Positions 1-10,111 of a stretch of 48,238 nt of DNA are shown one piece after another. The position numbers were made by a program, and so were the translations under genes. Numbering within the stretch: position 1 is the first letter of the stretch; the number at the start of each line of letters is the position of its first letter. The stretch is from a virus (Duplodnaviria; Caudoviricetes). Under the pieces are notes generated by a model. The model was not told where the DNA came from, did not search any database, and worked only from the letters and a program-made list of their open reading frames with translations. The stretch is from positions 1 to 48,238 of the IMG/VR virus record IMGVR_UViG_3300029286_000065, one strand, 5' to 3'.

Positions 1-76
1 TGAGATTAAAATCCCTTGAAATTTCATCTATAAAATTTCTTAATATCATTGTCATTTTTTCTTGTTGTTCGGACAT
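1..76 (-). CDS. Hypothetical protein, 5' part only (runs off the window)
   Basis: ATG at 76 reads MSEQQEKMTMILRNFIDEISRDFNL with no stop before the window edge; TAATATATA lies upstream on the minus strand (145-153). Confidence 0.55.
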   Translation of the reverse strand, partial: MSEQQEKMTMILRNFIDEISRDFNL

Positions 77-144
77 ATTTTTGATTTATTTTTTAAACTA
101 TTCATTTTTACATACATGCCAAAAAAAGCCTTAAAATCAAAAAT

Positions 145-153
145 TATATATTA
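145..153 (-). promoter_or_regulatory. Putative late promoter TAATATATA
   Basis: Exact motif, intergenic, pointing at the ORF starting at 76. Confidence 0.5.
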
Positions 154-227
154 AAATAAAAACCCATTTTTTATTTTTATGTTATAAAAACTTAAAAGTT
201 TAAAACAAAAAAGGGGTGATGTCAATT

Positions 228-236
228 TAATATATA
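228..236 (+). promoter_or_regulatory. Putative late promoter TAATATATA
   Basis: Exact motif 20 nt before ATG 257. Confidence 0.6.
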
Positions 237-256
237 ATAAAAAACTATTATTTTTA

Positions 257-2851
257 ATGAGAGATAACTGGAATCTTAAATATGATTGGAATTTAATAAA
301 TTCCACTTGGATAAGAACCGAAAGATTGGACGATTACTCTAGTGGTATCACTTATATACCAGATAATTATTTTAAATATCAAAAATGTTTATCTGGTATT
401 ACTTATCAATATGTAAATACATTACATGATATTTATGCTAAAAATGCAATGGTTGGAAAGACTTGGTGTATTTATGATATGTATAACGAATTTGATATTA
501 TAAATAATTTTATGGTTAACATTGATACTGTTGATGTTTGTAGTACATCAAATTTAGATTTGACACAAAGATATTATAATATTGATAACGCTTATTTAAA
601 AACAAAACACAAAGTTCTTTTAACTAATCAAAGTAATAAAACAGAAAACGATTTATATAATGTTGATCAAAAAGGTTATTTGATTAGATCTAATTATCTT
701 TCTGATAGTGGTAATACATTTAGATATAAAGCATATATTAAATTGGGTGATAATAAACATAATGAATATCATTTAAAAGATGTGGGTGGTGTTTTTCCAA
801 CATCTGGATATGAATCTGAATATATGTTGGGAAAGACATATATAATAAAACATTTTTTTAATTATAATCTTAATGCAACTGATCCGGTTCCAAAACTTAT
901 TTTTACTGATTATGATGTCGCGAGACATATGAATCCATTAAATTATTCTTTGTATACAGGTTTTACTTTTATTACCAATAGTGAGCCATATTCTATAATT
1001 ATTAAATATCACGATTATGAATATATAATAAAAATTGTTGATAATATAGATTATTTTTTATATTCAGGTTCAATTACACCAATTAATATTACTGGATTCA
1101 CATATTCAACACTTGGTGGATTTACTGAGGAATTTTCTATTAAAGTATCTAATGATTTTTGTATTAATGCCAAAAAAGATGATTATGTAAAAATAACATT
1201 TAGTGGAAATACAAATTTACAATATTATACTTTTGTTAGATATGTTGACTGTACAAATAATTATATTTCTCTATTAAATTCAATACCATTAAATATTATT
1301 AATGATTTTTTTATTAGTGGTGGAACATATACAATTAGAAATTTACAATATTGTTTGGGTGATACTGACATACAATATGTTTTAAATGAATCTTATTATT
1401 CAAAATATTTTGATGTAACATCATCTTTATATATTCAAACTAAATATTATCCATATAATCATTATTTTGATTATGATGATTTACAATTTCAATATAGTGG
1501 GTCTACAATTAATACAAGTCCATCATATAAATTTATTACAAATAACACTTATATTAAATATAAATTATATGAGCATTTAAATACTATAAATTCGAGTGTT
1601 TTTGAAGGGTCTTATGTTTTTAATAGTGTAATAGATTCTAGTTTAACAGATTTCACAACAGGTTTTACTGTTTTGGTAACAGATGCTCAAAGTTCAGAAT
1701 ATTTAAATATTTATCCCAAGGGAACATATATTAAAATAATACCAACGAATCTGGGTGATATTTATTTTTTTAGAAAAAACACTTTTGTTAATTTAAATAA
1801 TTTATATAAAACACTTATTGTGGATTATGTTCCAAATGAATATTTTGTTATTGAAACATATAAATCGAATTCCGCTTTAACAATAACAAATATAGATACA
1901 ATTTATTCATTAACTGGAATATCTGATATTCTTTATTCTGTTTATAAAAATTATGAAAATGATTGGTATAGGGAAAGACCAAATAATATTAGAAAAATGA
2001 TTTGTAATGCATATTCAAGAATTGTTGAAAATGATTCAAATATAACTAAATATATTACGGCAATATTAACACAAGATGATAAAAATAAATTTGTACTTGA
2101 GCTATACAATCCAGAAAGTTTTAATAATAATAATGAATTAATTACATTAACATATGATCCAAATTTAACATATAAACCAATTGAATTAATAGAAATTGGT
2201 GTGGATAAACATACAAAAATTCCAATACCCATATTAAATGAAAATTTATTGATAACATCTTCAACTGGTTATTCTTATGATTCATTTTGGTTTAAAATAG
2301 ATGCTTTTTCTATTATTTCTGAATCATTAACGTTTACATTTTCATTTATATTGATAAGTGAATATTCAACGAGTTTGGATATTAATTGGGGTGACGGAAC
2401 ATCAGAAACTATTAATTTGTGGGGGTGGGATATAACAGACCCGTTGGGAAAAGAACAACCATATTCTGGTGATCATGAATTTTTGGCCGGTCAATCGTAT
2501 ACAATTACATTTAGTGGTAATTTATCATCAATTTATTATTTATATGTAAATGGTAATAATATTACAGAGACTAATATTTTAAAAATTAAAAATTTACAAT
2601 CGTTATTTTTAAATGATAATTTATTAACAGATTTAGACATAAGTAATTTAATTTATTTGAACAAATTATATTTAAATAAAAATAAACTTTTAAATACTGA
2701 TAAATTTTTTACCACATTAAATTCAAATGGATTATTATATGGTAATATTGATACTGGTGGTACTGGAAATGCTGTAGTAACCGATTTATCATTACAGGAT
2801 AGAATAAATAACTTAATTTTAAAGTGTTGGTCATTGATATATAATACTTAA
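257..2851 (+). CDS. Large virion structural protein with C-terminal PKD-like (WGDG) and leucine-rich-repeat segments
   Basis: 864 aa; KVLLTNQSNKTENDLYNV resembles the RVL..Q...ENG.Y motif of phage tail proteins; INWGDGTSE; LRR-like LQSLFLNDNLL and LNKLYLNKNKL; late motif upstream. Confidence 0.55.
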   Translation: MRDNWNLKYDWNLINSTWIRTERLDDYSSGITYIPDNYFKYQKCLSGITYQYVNTLHDIYAKNAMVGKTWCIYDMYNEFDIINNFMVNIDTVDVCSTSNLDLTQRYYNIDNAYLKTKHKVLLTNQSNKTENDLYNVDQKGYLIRSNYLSDSGNTFRYKAYIKLGDNKHNEYHLKDVGGVFPTSGYESEYMLGKTYIIKHFFNYNLNATDPVPKLIFTDYDVARHMNPLNYSLYTGFTFITNSEPYSIIIKYHDYEYIIKIVDNIDYFLYSGSITPINITGFTYSTLGGFTEEFSIKVSNDFCINAKKDDYVKITFSGNTNLQYYTFVRYVDCTNNYISLLNSIPLNIINDFFISGGTYTIRNLQYCLGDTDIQYVLNESYYSKYFDVTSSLYIQTKYYPYNHYFDYDDLQFQYSGSTINTSPSYKFITNNTYIKYKLYEHLNTINSSVFEGSYVFNSVIDSSLTDFTTGFTVLVTDAQSSEYLNIYPKGTYIKIIPTNLGDIYFFRKNTFVNLNNLYKTLIVDYVPNEYFVIETYKSNSALTITNIDTIYSLTGISDILYSVYKNYENDWYRERPNNIRKMICNAYSRIVENDSNITKYITAILTQDDKNKFVLELYNPESFNNNNELITLTYDPNLTYKPIELIEIGVDKHTKIPIPILNENLLITSSTGYSYDSFWFKIDAFSIISESLTFTFSFILISEYSTSLDINWGDGTSETINLWGWDITDPLGKEQPYSGDHEFLAGQSYTITFSGNLSSIYYLYVNGNNITETNILKIKNLQSLFLNDNLLTDLDISNLIYLNKLYLNKNKLLNTDKFFTTLNSNGLLYGNIDTGGTGNAVVTDLSLQDRINNLILKCWSLIYNT

Positions 2852-2867
2852 AAAATAATTTTAAAAT

Positions 2868-4637
2868 GTGGATTTTAAGGTTCAAATAATAAATACAGAT
2901 GCTAATGTTAATAATATATTGTTGACAGATGATCTCACAATAGAAACATTAAAAATTAAATATAATTGGGTATTAAATGCTAGTGTAAGAAATTGTGTTT
3001 TGGGACAAGATGATTATGGTTTAGTTTGGTATATGGGTGATTGGATATGTGGTGAATGGATAGATGGAACTTGGTATTCTGGTGTGTTTCACGATGGTAT
3101 TTGGAATAATGGTCGTTGGTATTCTTATTTGTTGGATAAACCAATGATATTAAGTAAAAGATTTGTAATTATAGAAGAAGATAAAATGTATTCACAATTT
3201 GAGGGTGGAAAATGGTATAACGGTGAATGGTATAATGGCATTTTTGGTAAATTAAAAGATTCAAGTGACAATGATATAAATATATCTGGAATGACATCAG
3301 AACAAATTTTAGATGAAACTGTTAGTTGTCCATATTGGTATCAAGGAAATTGGTATAATGGATTATTCAAAAATTCTGTATGGAAAACTGGAAATTTCAA
3401 TAAAGGTAATTTTTTGAATTCGTATTGGTTAAATGGGAAATTTTTTAACGGATTTTTTGATAATTACGAATGGTGGTCTGGTGATTTTTATGGGGGCGAT
3501 TTTGTTCGTGGTGATTGGAAAAATGGAACTTTTGCACAATATTCTACTATACCTACAAGATTTGGAACATATACTGGAACAACAACTGATGGTATTTTAA
3601 CAATATGGGAAAATGGTGTTTTTGAAAGAGGTGAATTTATGTCTGGTTTATATTTAGATGATAGTGGTAAAACAATAGCTAGTCAATATCACAATACAAC
3701 ACACTGGAAAGATGGTACATTTAATAATGGAACTTGGTGGGGTGGTCATTTTGAAAAAGGGAAATTTAATTATGGGAATTGGTATGGTGGTGTTTTCGGT
3801 ACAAATATAAACGATGGTTTTTATGGAAACACAACATGGGAAAATGGATTTTGGTATGATGGATTGTGGTTAAATGGGATATTTAAATCTGGTATGTTTT
3901 TGGGTGGAATGTGGATGAATGGATATTTTTATAATGGATTTTTAGTAAGTCAATTTGATGGTGTTTTTACACCAGATATGAAAATAAATGTAACACCACA
4001 ACCATTACCATCACCACCAGTACCACCAGCAGGATCACAACTACCAAAAGTTTCAAGTGGGTATACATATATGTTAGATGATTCATCTTGTTTAGTTGTG
4101 TGTGAAGTTTTGAGTACTGGTGATACACAAACAACAAGGGGGGTATGTTATTCTACCACAAAACAATCACCAACTATATATGACTCAATTATAATTGATA
4201 CTGGTGTTACATCAGAATATACTTGTATTATATCTGATATTTTTAATAAGATGTGTTATATAAGAACGTGGGCAACAAATGATATGGGCACTGTTTATGG
4301 TGATTATATTTTAACAACACCATATCCATATGTTTTAACTGTTGGTGTAACTGATATAACTAAAAATTCAGTTAAATTGTATGGAAATTTAGTATCAAAT
4401 GGTAGTTGGAATTTTCCATATACTATAATATCAGGGTTTAAATATTCTACAAATCCAAATTTAAACAATGTTCCATTTATAACAGGAACAACACAATCAG
4501 CACCTTACGATTTTTCATTAACTATTACTGGATTATCCGAAAATACACTATATTATTACTCAGCTGTTGCAATAAATGGAGAGGGATATCAATCTATTAT
4601 TGGTAATCCATTATTTTTTACAACACTCAATATATAA
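2868..4637 (+). CDS. Structural protein with [WF]-x-x-G-x pentapeptide repeats, a Pro-rich linker and two FN3-like domains
   Basis: GTG start; dozens of W/F-x-x-G-x units; PQPLPSPPVPP linker; TRGVCYST...YIRTWATN..GTVYG and ITGLSENTLYYYSAVAIN FN3-like motifs. Confidence 0.6.
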   Translation: MDFKVQIINTDANVNNILLTDDLTIETLKIKYNWVLNASVRNCVLGQDDYGLVWYMGDWICGEWIDGTWYSGVFHDGIWNNGRWYSYLLDKPMILSKRFVIIEEDKMYSQFEGGKWYNGEWYNGIFGKLKDSSDNDINISGMTSEQILDETVSCPYWYQGNWYNGLFKNSVWKTGNFNKGNFLNSYWLNGKFFNGFFDNYEWWSGDFYGGDFVRGDWKNGTFAQYSTIPTRFGTYTGTTTDGILTIWENGVFERGEFMSGLYLDDSGKTIASQYHNTTHWKDGTFNNGTWWGGHFEKGKFNYGNWYGGVFGTNINDGFYGNTTWENGFWYDGLWLNGIFKSGMFLGGMWMNGYFYNGFLVSQFDGVFTPDMKINVTPQPLPSPPVPPAGSQLPKVSSGYTYMLDDSSCLVVCEVLSTGDTQTTRGVCYSTTKQSPTIYDSIIIDTGVTSEYTCIISDIFNKMCYIRTWATNDMGTVYGDYILTTPYPYVLTVGVTDITKNSVKLYGNLVSNGSWNFPYTIISGFKYSTNPNLNNVPFITGTTQSAPYDFSLTITGLSENTLYYYSAVAINGEGYQSIIGNPLFFTTLNI

Positions 4638-4654
4638 AAACAAAATTTAAAAAA

Positions 4655-4663
4655 TAATATATA
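4655..4663 (+). promoter_or_regulatory. Putative late promoter TAATATATA
   Basis: Exact motif upstream of ORF 4712. Confidence 0.5.
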
Positions 4664-4711
4664 AGTTATTATTGTTTCCAATTAAAAAATTAAAAAATTA
4701 AAAAAATTTTA

Positions 4712-4960
4712 ATGAATACAACCTCTTTGAGGTTCAAAAACATTGAGTCTAATATCATAGATATTCTAAATGATCAATACGGAAAGTGTTTAAAAATTCA
4801 ATTATCAAACAAACCAGATAATATTTCTAGTTTAATTAGTTATTTGAAAAACAACGGTTGGTGTAATTATAAATTTAATGATTATAGTATCAAAAAACAT
4901 GTTAATGAACTTGATGTGGTAGTTACCTTGAGCTACATACCACCCGTGTTAAAATTCTAA
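4712..4960 (+). CDS. Hypothetical protein
   Basis: 82-aa ORF with A-rich leader and upstream motif. Confidence 0.6.
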   Translation: MNTTSLRFKNIESNIIDILNDQYGKCLKIQLSNKPDNISSLISYLKNNGWCNYKFNDYSIKKHVNELDVVVTLSYIPPVLKF

Positions 4961-5003
4961 TAATTTTTCATTATATATAGTAAAAAATAACTATTTTTAC
5001 TAT

Positions 5004-5240
5004 ATGATAGATGATAATTATTATATTTTCATTGAAGATGAAAATGAAAAATTTGTTATTAAAGTTACTAAAAAAATAGGTTGGGTTACAGAATCTATCG
5101 ATGGTAATGTTCCTTATGATTTAGAAATGGAAAGATATGATAAGGAATATGTAATAGACGATATATTAGAAGAACTTCGAAATACTTATGATTATGTCCA
5201 AGAAATTAATTATTCAGATATAATTGATTATATGGAGTAA
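5004..5240 (+). CDS. Small acidic hypothetical protein
   Basis: 78 aa, D/E-rich; TTATATATA variant at 4971-4979. Confidence 0.65.
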   Translation: MIDDNYYIFIEDENEKFVIKVTKKIGWVTESIDGNVPYDLEMERYDKEYVIDDILEELRNTYDYVQEINYSDIIDYME

Positions 5241-5243
5241 TTA

Positions 5244-5405
5244 TCATTTACTTACAACTTTACCCAAGTTACGAATGAACAATTGCATCGAAGTTAGTGT
5301 TGGTGTAAATTTGATTTGATTCGATTTAACAAATGGGATTTTACGGCGACCACATATATCCGGATTACCAGCAGCATATTGTTTCTTTAAATCATCGTTT
5401 TTCAT
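5244..5405 (-). CDS. Small hypothetical protein (53 aa, below the ORF-track cutoff)
   Basis: Hand-read MKNDDLKKQYAAGNPDICGRRKIPFVKSNQ...VVSK*; preceded by TATATTTG. Confidence 0.55.
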   Translation of the reverse strand: MKNDDLKKQYAAGNPDICGRRKIPFVKSNQIKFTPTLTSMQLFIRNLGKVVSK

Positions 5406-5434
5406 AAAATTTAGTTTTGGGTTTAAATGAATTA

Positions 5435-5442
5435 CAAATATA
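5435..5442 (-). promoter_or_regulatory. Bacteroidota-type -7 promoter element TAnnTTTG (TATATTTG)
   Basis: Matches the Bacteroidota housekeeping-sigma consensus about 30 nt upstream of ATG 5405. Confidence 0.45.
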
Positions 5443-5513
5443 TGATAATAAATCGATAAAAAAAATTATAAATTTATTTTATATATAAATAAAACACTAA
5501 AATTTTTAAGAAA

Positions 5514-5687
5514 ATGGAATCATCTGGTGAAGATTTAACCCTGTTTAATACTTATGTTGATTTATTTAAAAAAATAAATTCAACATTAAAAAAAGTAGTG
5601 ACAAAAGAAAATGGAAAAAGTGTTGATGTTGGATCTTATAATATGGGGTATGATAAACAGGGAAATTTAAAATTATTGGATTTTTGA
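5514..5687 (+). CDS. 57-aa ORF, possible protein-kinase-like C-terminal fragment
   Basis: Hand-read MESSGEDL...VDVGSYNMGYDKQGNLKLLDF*; D-x4-N then DF spacing as in kinase folds; TGATG overlap with the next gene. Confidence 0.4.
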   Translation: MESSGEDLTLFNTYVDLFKKINSTLKKVVTKENGKSVDVGSYNMGYDKQGNLKLLDF

Positions 5688-6736
5688 TGATAAAATATTT
5701 TAAAAAATTCGAATCATATATAGAACAAAGTTATGGTTATAGAGCTGGTGATTTGATTAGAAAGGCGGAAACATTATCTAATTTTAGGGGTGGTAGGGGG
5801 ACTGGACATTTTGGTACTGGTTTCTATTTTTTTGGTTCAGAAAAACAAGCAAAAAATTATGCAAAACCTATTTCTGCTAGATATGGAATGGAAACTGATG
5901 AACCAGATAGACCCATATCAAAAGTTGACTTCAATAAATATGTTTTATTTAAAATTAGAAGTTTTGAATTTGGATTAAAATTTCACGATATTTTAAAAGA
6001 AATAAATCATACTGGTTTTCGTGGATTTGAAAATCAAGCCAAGGAAAAGATGTGGGATGATGAATTTTCAGGTGATGATGATGATAGTATCACTGTTAAA
6101 GTTGAAAAATTGATTGAAAAGAGGAATAAAATAGCCAATGATTTACTTGAATTTATAAATTGTCCAAAAGATAAAATTAGAGGAAAATTTTTAGATACTT
6201 TCAATCATTCTGATGAAAAACAAGCTTATGATTTAATTCGAAATTTTGCATATTATAATTCTTCTAAAAATAAAAAGGGTGTTTGGTTTTATATGGATAA
6301 AGAAATAGATGAAATAATAATAAAATTTATAAATTATACTGAAAAGGATAAGAATTTTGATGGTGTGGATTGGAAATGTGATAAAAATAAAATAGATAAA
6401 TTTTTTGAAAATTATAAATCTAAAGTAGAATTAGATAAGGTTAAAAAATCGAAATATTTTAAGGAAGTAGTCAAAGAACTTTCTATGAAATTAGCTGTTA
6501 TGATTTCAAATGTTGAATATACTAAAGGAAGAAATACTGAACAAATTTCAAAAATAATTGAAAAAACAATTATTCAAAATTTAAGACAAAATCCATATAA
6601 TTCAAAAACAAGGAATGATGATACCAAATCTACAAAAATTATGAAAGCGTTGGGTTATGAAGGAATCGATGTAAGGGGTGTTGATGATTTAGATAATTCT
6701 ACATTTGGTAGTATTATATATGATATCAAAGATTAA
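5687..6736 (+). CDS. Putative ADP-ribosyltransferase-like protein with a capsid-targeting-like N-terminus
   Basis: ATG 5687; leader MIKYFKKFESYIE; GYRAG...FGTGFYF....A..YA and ALGYEGIDV...SIIYD resemble ART-PolyVal-type motifs around a large insertion. Confidence 0.5.
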   Translation: MIKYFKKFESYIEQSYGYRAGDLIRKAETLSNFRGGRGTGHFGTGFYFFGSEKQAKNYAKPISARYGMETDEPDRPISKVDFNKYVLFKIRSFEFGLKFHDILKEINHTGFRGFENQAKEKMWDDEFSGDDDDSITVKVEKLIEKRNKIANDLLEFINCPKDKIRGKFLDTFNHSDEKQAYDLIRNFAYYNSSKNKKGVWFYMDKEIDEIIIKFINYTEKDKNFDGVDWKCDKNKIDKFFENYKSKVELDKVKKSKYFKEVVKELSMKLAVMISNVEYTKGRNTEQISKIIEKTIIQNLRQNPYNSKTRNDDTKSTKIMKALGYEGIDVRGVDDLDNSTFGSIIYDIKD

Positions 6737-6773
6737 CCTTAACTTATTTTAGAAAAAATTCACATTTTTTACT

Positions 6774-6782
6774 TAATATATA
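6774..6782 (+). promoter_or_regulatory. Putative late promoter TAATATATA
   Basis: Exact motif upstream of ORF 6844. Confidence 0.55.
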
Positions 6783-6843
6783 CTTTTGAATTATATCCAA
6801 TTTTTTCAAAAAGTAAAAGATTGTAAAAAATAAATATAGAAAT

Positions 6844-8133
6844 ATGAAAAATTTAAAAATGGAATTGTTTAATTTCAAACAGAAATTGGTATTTGAACAA
6901 GCTGAAATTTCTTCAATTGTTGAAAGTTTTCTTTTGAATTATGATAATTTTTCAGAAAAAGAAATTCAAAAGGCTTTAAATGAAAGATTATTACCTTATA
7001 CATATGATACAGACGTGAAGGCTTTATTGGAAACTGTTGATCAAGAAATTCAATCATTTAATTTAATGTATGAATTAAAAGACCTTTATAAAAGAGTTGA
7101 AAAAATTAATTTGGGTGAACTTTATCGTCAACCTTTAAGTGTTATTCTTGAAATTACACAATTACCAGATGATCAAAGTAGATTGAGTGCTATTTTAAAT
7201 GAATTGAAAATTTATGAGTGGGTTTCAGAAATTAAAAAATTTATTTGGAATTTAACACAAAGTCCAATGGACCGTCAAAACATGATAAGTCCGGGTAAGG
7301 CTGATAAGATTTATACATTGGTTGAAAAATTAGAAAATGGACATATTGCTTTTGTATCAGATAGATGGTTTTTAATTGATGATAAGGGTATTAAACAAGT
7401 TTTAATGGAAGATTACGTAAAAGACGAAAATAGAATAAGAGAATTAAGAATTATGGAACAAGCTTTAACCCTTGGTGAAGTAAATAAAGATAAATTCTCA
7501 ATTAAAATTGATGAAAATATAGTTTTAAGTTTATCAACAAAGAATGATAAGAATTTGTATATTAACGAAGAAAAATTAGATGTCGAAACAACACTCGAAA
7601 GTATTTTTGCATCACCAATTATTCCTTATTTAAAGAAAGATTATTTTTTAATCACAAATACAGTTAAGGAAAATTTAAATAAAATTTTGGAATTAGATAT
7701 AGCTTTAAAATTACACAATCTTTTACAACCAACTTTGGAATGTTATGTATTTAACTATCAAAACAAAATGTATTTATACAGTAAAGATACTAGAACTGGA
7801 AGTGCCTTTTTTGAATATGAATCAGTAACAGAACTTATAAATGATATTCGTAAAGATTTGGATTTTGATGTTACTTATTTCTTTGAAAATAAATTATCAA
7901 AAGAATTAAAGAAAATTAAGACATTAGAAGATAAAGAAAAAATTATCGAAAGTAAAATTAAGGATGCTACTAATGCAATCGATGAATTGAAATATGAAAA
8001 AGAATTACTCGAATCTGATAAAGATTTAAAACTTTTATTTAATAATTTATTGATCCACAGACAAGATTTATATAAAGAATTGAATGAAACTAAAAATGAA
8101 AAAACTCAATTTAAAAAATCATTGGTTCGCTAA
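6844..8133 (+). CDS. Hypothetical late protein with a C-terminal coiled coil
   Basis: 429 aa, E/K/L-rich heptad-like C-terminus; has its own upstream motif and downstream terminator. Confidence 0.7.
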   Translation: MKNLKMELFNFKQKLVFEQAEISSIVESFLLNYDNFSEKEIQKALNERLLPYTYDTDVKALLETVDQEIQSFNLMYELKDLYKRVEKINLGELYRQPLSVILEITQLPDDQSRLSAILNELKIYEWVSEIKKFIWNLTQSPMDRQNMISPGKADKIYTLVEKLENGHIAFVSDRWFLIDDKGIKQVLMEDYVKDENRIRELRIMEQALTLGEVNKDKFSIKIDENIVLSLSTKNDKNLYINEEKLDVETTLESIFASPIIPYLKKDYFLITNTVKENLNKILELDIALKLHNLLQPTLECYVFNYQNKMYLYSKDTRTGSAFFEYESVTELINDIRKDLDFDVTYFFENKLSKELKKIKTLEDKEKIIESKIKDATNAIDELKYEKELLESDKDLKLLFNNLLIHRQDLYKELNETKNEKTQFKKSLVR

Positions 8134-8145
8134 ATAGGACTTAAT

Positions 8146-8187
8146 AAAAAAAATCCATCGATAATTTTTTATCGGTGGATTTTTTTT
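8146..8187 (+). terminator. Rho-independent terminator, probably bidirectional
   Basis: A-tract, ATCCATCGATAA / TTATCGGTGGAT stem with one wobble, then T-tract, directly after the 8133 stop. Confidence 0.8.
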
Positions 8188-8245
8188 ATCAATTTTTTTC
8201 CGTATCTTTATAAGTTTTGCATTTTTGTAAACTTTTTAAAATAAT

Positions 8246-8254
8246 TAATATATA
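8246..8254 (+). promoter_or_regulatory. Putative late promoter TAATATATA
   Basis: Exact motif upstream of the gp55-like gene. Confidence 0.45.
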
Positions 8255-8341
8255 ACATTTAGAAATTCATTGTTTTAGGCCTTTTAATTATTTTAGCATA
8301 AATAGGACTTATCAAATTATAAAAAAATAAGAACTAAAACT

Positions 8342-8722
8342 ATGGCCAAAGCATTCTATTTGGATGAAGATGAATTCTATTATGAAATAGTTTTATCCAA
8401 AGGAAAGGGGTTTTTGACGAAAAAAGCCGAAATCATGTTGATTAAAATTGCAAACAATTTTATTAAAAGAAAATCAGATCATTATAAAACAGATGATGAT
8501 AAAAATGATTGTGTTCAAACTGGATTATTATTTATGTTTCAAAACTGGAATAATTTTAATAATAAAAAATATAAAACCGCAATGCCATATTTTTCTGAAA
8601 TATTTAAAAGGGGGATAGCACAAGGATATAACGAGTTACGAAATAAAAAATCAAATCAGGATGCTGTTATTATGATTAGTTTAGATTCTTGTAATGATGG
8701 TGATGGTTTTTTTAATATATAA
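8342..8722 (+). CDS. T4 gp55-like late-transcription sigma factor
   Basis: MLIKIANNF...DDKNDCVQTG...WNNFN.KK...AMPYFSEIFKRG resembles the gp55 / sigma region-2 pattern (F...K..NPFAYFTQI); 126 aa. Confidence 0.7.
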   Translation: MAKAFYLDEDEFYYEIVLSKGKGFLTKKAEIMLIKIANNFIKRKSDHYKTDDDKNDCVQTGLLFMFQNWNNFNNKKYKTAMPYFSEIFKRGIAQGYNELRNKKSNQDAVIMISLDSCNDGDGFFNI

Positions 8723-8736
8723 AAGAAAATTGAAAA

Positions 8737-9246
8737 ATGGGTAATAAACAGGTTCCAAATAATAAACATTATAAACAGGGTCGTTACATTTGTCAAAATC
8801 CGGATAAATATTTGGGTGATTTAGATCGCGTTTATTATCGTTCTTCATGGGAACAAAAATTATATTATTATTTGGATTTAAATAATAGAGTATTAAAATG
8901 GAGTGCCGAAAATGTTACCATACCATATGAAATAAATGAAAATGGTAGTTGGAGTACACATCGTTATTATCCAGATGCTTATTGTGAGATTTTAATGCCG
9001 AACGGAAATACAAATAATGTCATTTTGGAAATAAAACCTTGGAGTGAATATAGAAATTTAGAACCACCAAAAGAACCACAAACAAAAACTATGAAATCTT
9101 TAAGAAATTATGAATATGCTTTAAAAACATTTCATAAAAATATAATAAAATGGCAAGCTGCAAAAACATTTTGTGAAAAAAGAGGTATTGAATTCTTTAT
9201 TATAACAGAAAAATATTTTACTGATGATAAAATAAAAATATTTTAA
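8737..9246 (+). CDS. T4 gp4-like head completion nuclease (TnsA-like)
   Basis: NPDKYLGD...YRSSWE...KWSAE...IPY...HRYYPD...EIKP...KWQAA..FC...G..F.IITE. Confidence 0.88.
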   Translation: MGNKQVPNNKHYKQGRYICQNPDKYLGDLDRVYYRSSWEQKLYYYLDLNNRVLKWSAENVTIPYEINENGSWSTHRYYPDAYCEILMPNGNTNNVILEIKPWSEYRNLEPPKEPQTKTMKSLRNYEYALKTFHKNIIKWQAAKTFCEKRGIEFFIITEKYFTDDKIKIF

Positions 9247-10061
9247 TGATACTTAAAGATGAATGTGATGCACTACTTGGTGAATACAATAAAGATCGTA
9301 AAAGTTGTATTTATGAATCTACTGATATTATTTTTGATTTAATAAAGAAGAACAATCATGAAGTTATGTTTACCAAATCAAATAAATTAATGAAAGGTAA
9401 ATTTTATTTGATGAAATATGAATATATTAAGGATAAATATTTTGAAGATAAATATATAACAGGCTTTAATAAAAATGTTCCATCTTTAAAAATTTGGTGT
9501 CCTGTTTTTATTTTAGAATTAAAAGAATCAGATAAAGTTGTACAAAGACTTAATAAAAATAAAAAAAATATAATGTTCGCGATTAATTTGGATTATTTAC
9601 CATTTAGATATCGAATTTTATTTTTTGATATATTATTCAATTCTAATTTCGAATTAATTGAAAAAAATAAAGATTTACATTTTAGAGGTGAAAATGTATT
9701 AAATGAATACCCCCTTGAAGTTTCATCTGAAAAAGTTTATAATTTATTAAAAAACAATGGTGGATATGAATATAGTTTAACAGCATATGATCCAGATAAA
9801 ATTGAAAATTTTATTTATGGAAATCCGCAACTATATTCTATTTCAACTACAATAGCACAAAGATTTATGTTTATTGATTGTAAATTGAAAAACAAAAAAA
9901 ATATTATAGAAACGTTAAAAGAATCAGAAATTGAAAAAGAAAGGGATAAAATAAAATCTGTTTTGAAATCATTAGATGAATTATTAACTGATTTAGAAAG
10001 TAATGAAAAAGTATTGTATAAGAAGTTAAGACAATTAGAAAATTACTTCGAAATCGTTTGA
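9246..10061 (+). CDS. T4 gp2-like DNA end-protector protein
   Basis: GKFYLMKY...PVFILE...AINLDYLPFRYR resembles gp2 G..Y.F.Y...GLNLHYLP..R; TAATG coupling to the gp4-like gene. Confidence 0.55.
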   Translation: MILKDECDALLGEYNKDRKSCIYESTDIIFDLIKKNNHEVMFTKSNKLMKGKFYLMKYEYIKDKYFEDKYITGFNKNVPSLKIWCPVFILELKESDKVVQRLNKNKKNIMFAINLDYLPFRYRILFFDILFNSNFELIEKNKDLHFRGENVLNEYPLEVSSEKVYNLLKNNGGYEYSLTAYDPDKIENFIYGNPQLYSISTTIAQRFMFIDCKLKNKKNIIETLKESEIEKERDKIKSVLKSLDELLTDLESNEKVLYKKLRQLENYFEIV

Positions 10062-10082
10062 AACTTTTTGGATTTGTTTAAT

Positions 10083-10095
10083 TAATATATAAATA
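10083..10095 (+). promoter_or_regulatory. Putative late promoter TAATATATA overlapping a T4-type TATAAATA
   Basis: TAATATATAAATA ends 16 nt before the portal GTG. Confidence 0.65.
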
Positions 10096-10111
10096 AAAAT
10101 AAAGTATTATT

